Below the pieces are notes generated by a model that worked only from the letters and a program-made list of their open reading frames with translations, was not told the origin of the DNA and made no database searches. This document shows, one piece after another, positions 62,601-64,000 of a stretch of 64,000 nucleotides of DNA. The DNA comes from Stegostoma tigrinum (Eukaryota): positions 70,288,629-70,352,628 of the forward strand of contig NC_081357.1 in assembly GCF_030684315.1 (NCBI RefSeq). The letters are read 5' to 3'. A program made the position numbers and the translations under genes. Positions within the stretch are counted from its first letter, which is position 1, and every line of letters begins with the position of its first letter.

Positions 62601-64000
62601 ATACCAAGTTAAATTGCTTTGTCAAAGAATCAGCACAGATACAATAAGTTAAATAACTTCCTGGTGTACTGTAATACTCAACAGAGAAGAAATATTGATT
62701 TTCCACCTTCTTGTGTAGTGTGCAATTTCCCTAATATTTGCATCTTATAAATTATTAAACTGATTTCAAATTTGCATTCGTCACCTGATAGTTCGATGCA
62801 TATAGGTTGTTCTACAGAGACTGCTACATGATCATGGGAACAAATATATCACCATGACAACTATAATCACCTTGGAGACTGATTACAACTAGTAGGAGCC
62901 ACATGGAAATCTCATCAGGGGATTAAGAACAAATTACACCAAAGCTCTCCTTAACTATCTGATTGTGACAATGAATTTAACACAAAAAGTAATTTGAAAT
63001 TTAATAGCATCCCTTAGTTGATTGATTTCATTCAAATATACTTTGAAAATATTACACATTCTTATTATTGAAAGACTTTAATTTGGAAAAATGAGTATTG
63101 GGTTAATTTAAAATCAAATATATTCTTTTTAACGCTTCTAAAAACATCTCAGTGTATGGCAGATATTTAAGATTTCTTTGGGAGAAATTACCTCTGACGT
63201 TCTCAAAAATCACTTTGAATGAAAGAATCCCCTTTGGGCTTCGTAGAAATGATACAAATAGATATTTGGACAACTTTTATTTATGCTATTATCACCTTGA
63301 GAGAAATGAGGCAATAAATGTTACAGCATTTGAATATGAATTGCACTGCCTTAAAGTGCAAATTTCATCCCAGCATCATGAAGTCTTTAAATAAGTGCTG
63401 TGTTTTTTTTAAAAAATCTGTACCGTATTTCTTAATTGAGCTTAGCAACATTCCTGCATCCCTTTAAATAAAGTTCTAATCAAAATTTCTTTTTTTTAAT
63501 CTTTACCACAGTTGAAATGCAATGAAATCTGTAGATAAGTATCAGGAATTTATTGCGAAAAGAAAATGCTAGTGATAAAGTAAATTTAGAAAATATTAGA
63601 ACTCAATTTTCAGCAACAAATCTCAAATCCTTTCCTTGTGAGCATGATTTCAAAGACATGAAATATGCATTTATCATCTGTGTCTTAGCGCAACCAGGGG
63701 CACACAAAAGAAAAACATGATGAGGTTTCAGAGGAGCTGGAAAGATATTTGTCCCCCATCACATTTGACAATGATTCCAATATAGCTGTTCTGGTACTGT
63801 GACAACACTGTCTTTTACCTGGCAATGTGAACAATGTCTCAGCTATGGCCTGTCCATAAAAACTAGGACAAATCAACTCTGACCAAGTACTATCCTACCA
63901 GGCAATATTCGATCATCAGAAGTCATGAATGGTGTTCACAACAGTTCTATCAAGCATACTCACTCAGTAACAATATGCTCAGCATTTGCTAAGTTTGAGT

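Noticed and set aside
47000-64000. SMLR1 or EPB41L2 exons downstream of TMEM200A
   Set aside because: No recognisable peptide; the short ORFs here are repeat-derived or featureless.
1-64000. CRISPR array, prokaryotic operon or endogenous virus
   Set aside because: No regularly spaced repeats, dense ORFs or viral protein motifs seen; the composition is typical of vertebrate intronic and intergenic DNA.

Overview
Vertebrate genomic DNA, most likely from a shark (inferred from the HE1/V-SINE, CR1 and Penelope-like repeat content). I recognise one protein-coding gene: TMEM200A, a single coding exon with CDS 21664-23127 (+), 487 aa. Upstream of it are two CpG-retaining promoter-like regions (~7.4-8.6 kb and ~13.3-14.9 kb). 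Most of the rest is decayed transposon sequence: CR1, RTE and L2-like LINE fragments, two tRNA-derived SINE families, PIF/Harbinger relics, a solo LTR and a 2.3-kb Neptune-type Penelope-like element (PLE). The most striking non-genic signal is about a dozen 90-240 bp elements derived from PLE ends. They carry minimal hammerhead-ribozyme motifs; several are fold-back palindromes with a 31-34 nt tail and ~14-15 bp target-site duplications (TSDs), and their breakpoints cluster at the ribozyme. All calls were made by eye, so repeat boundaries are approximate (tens of bp).
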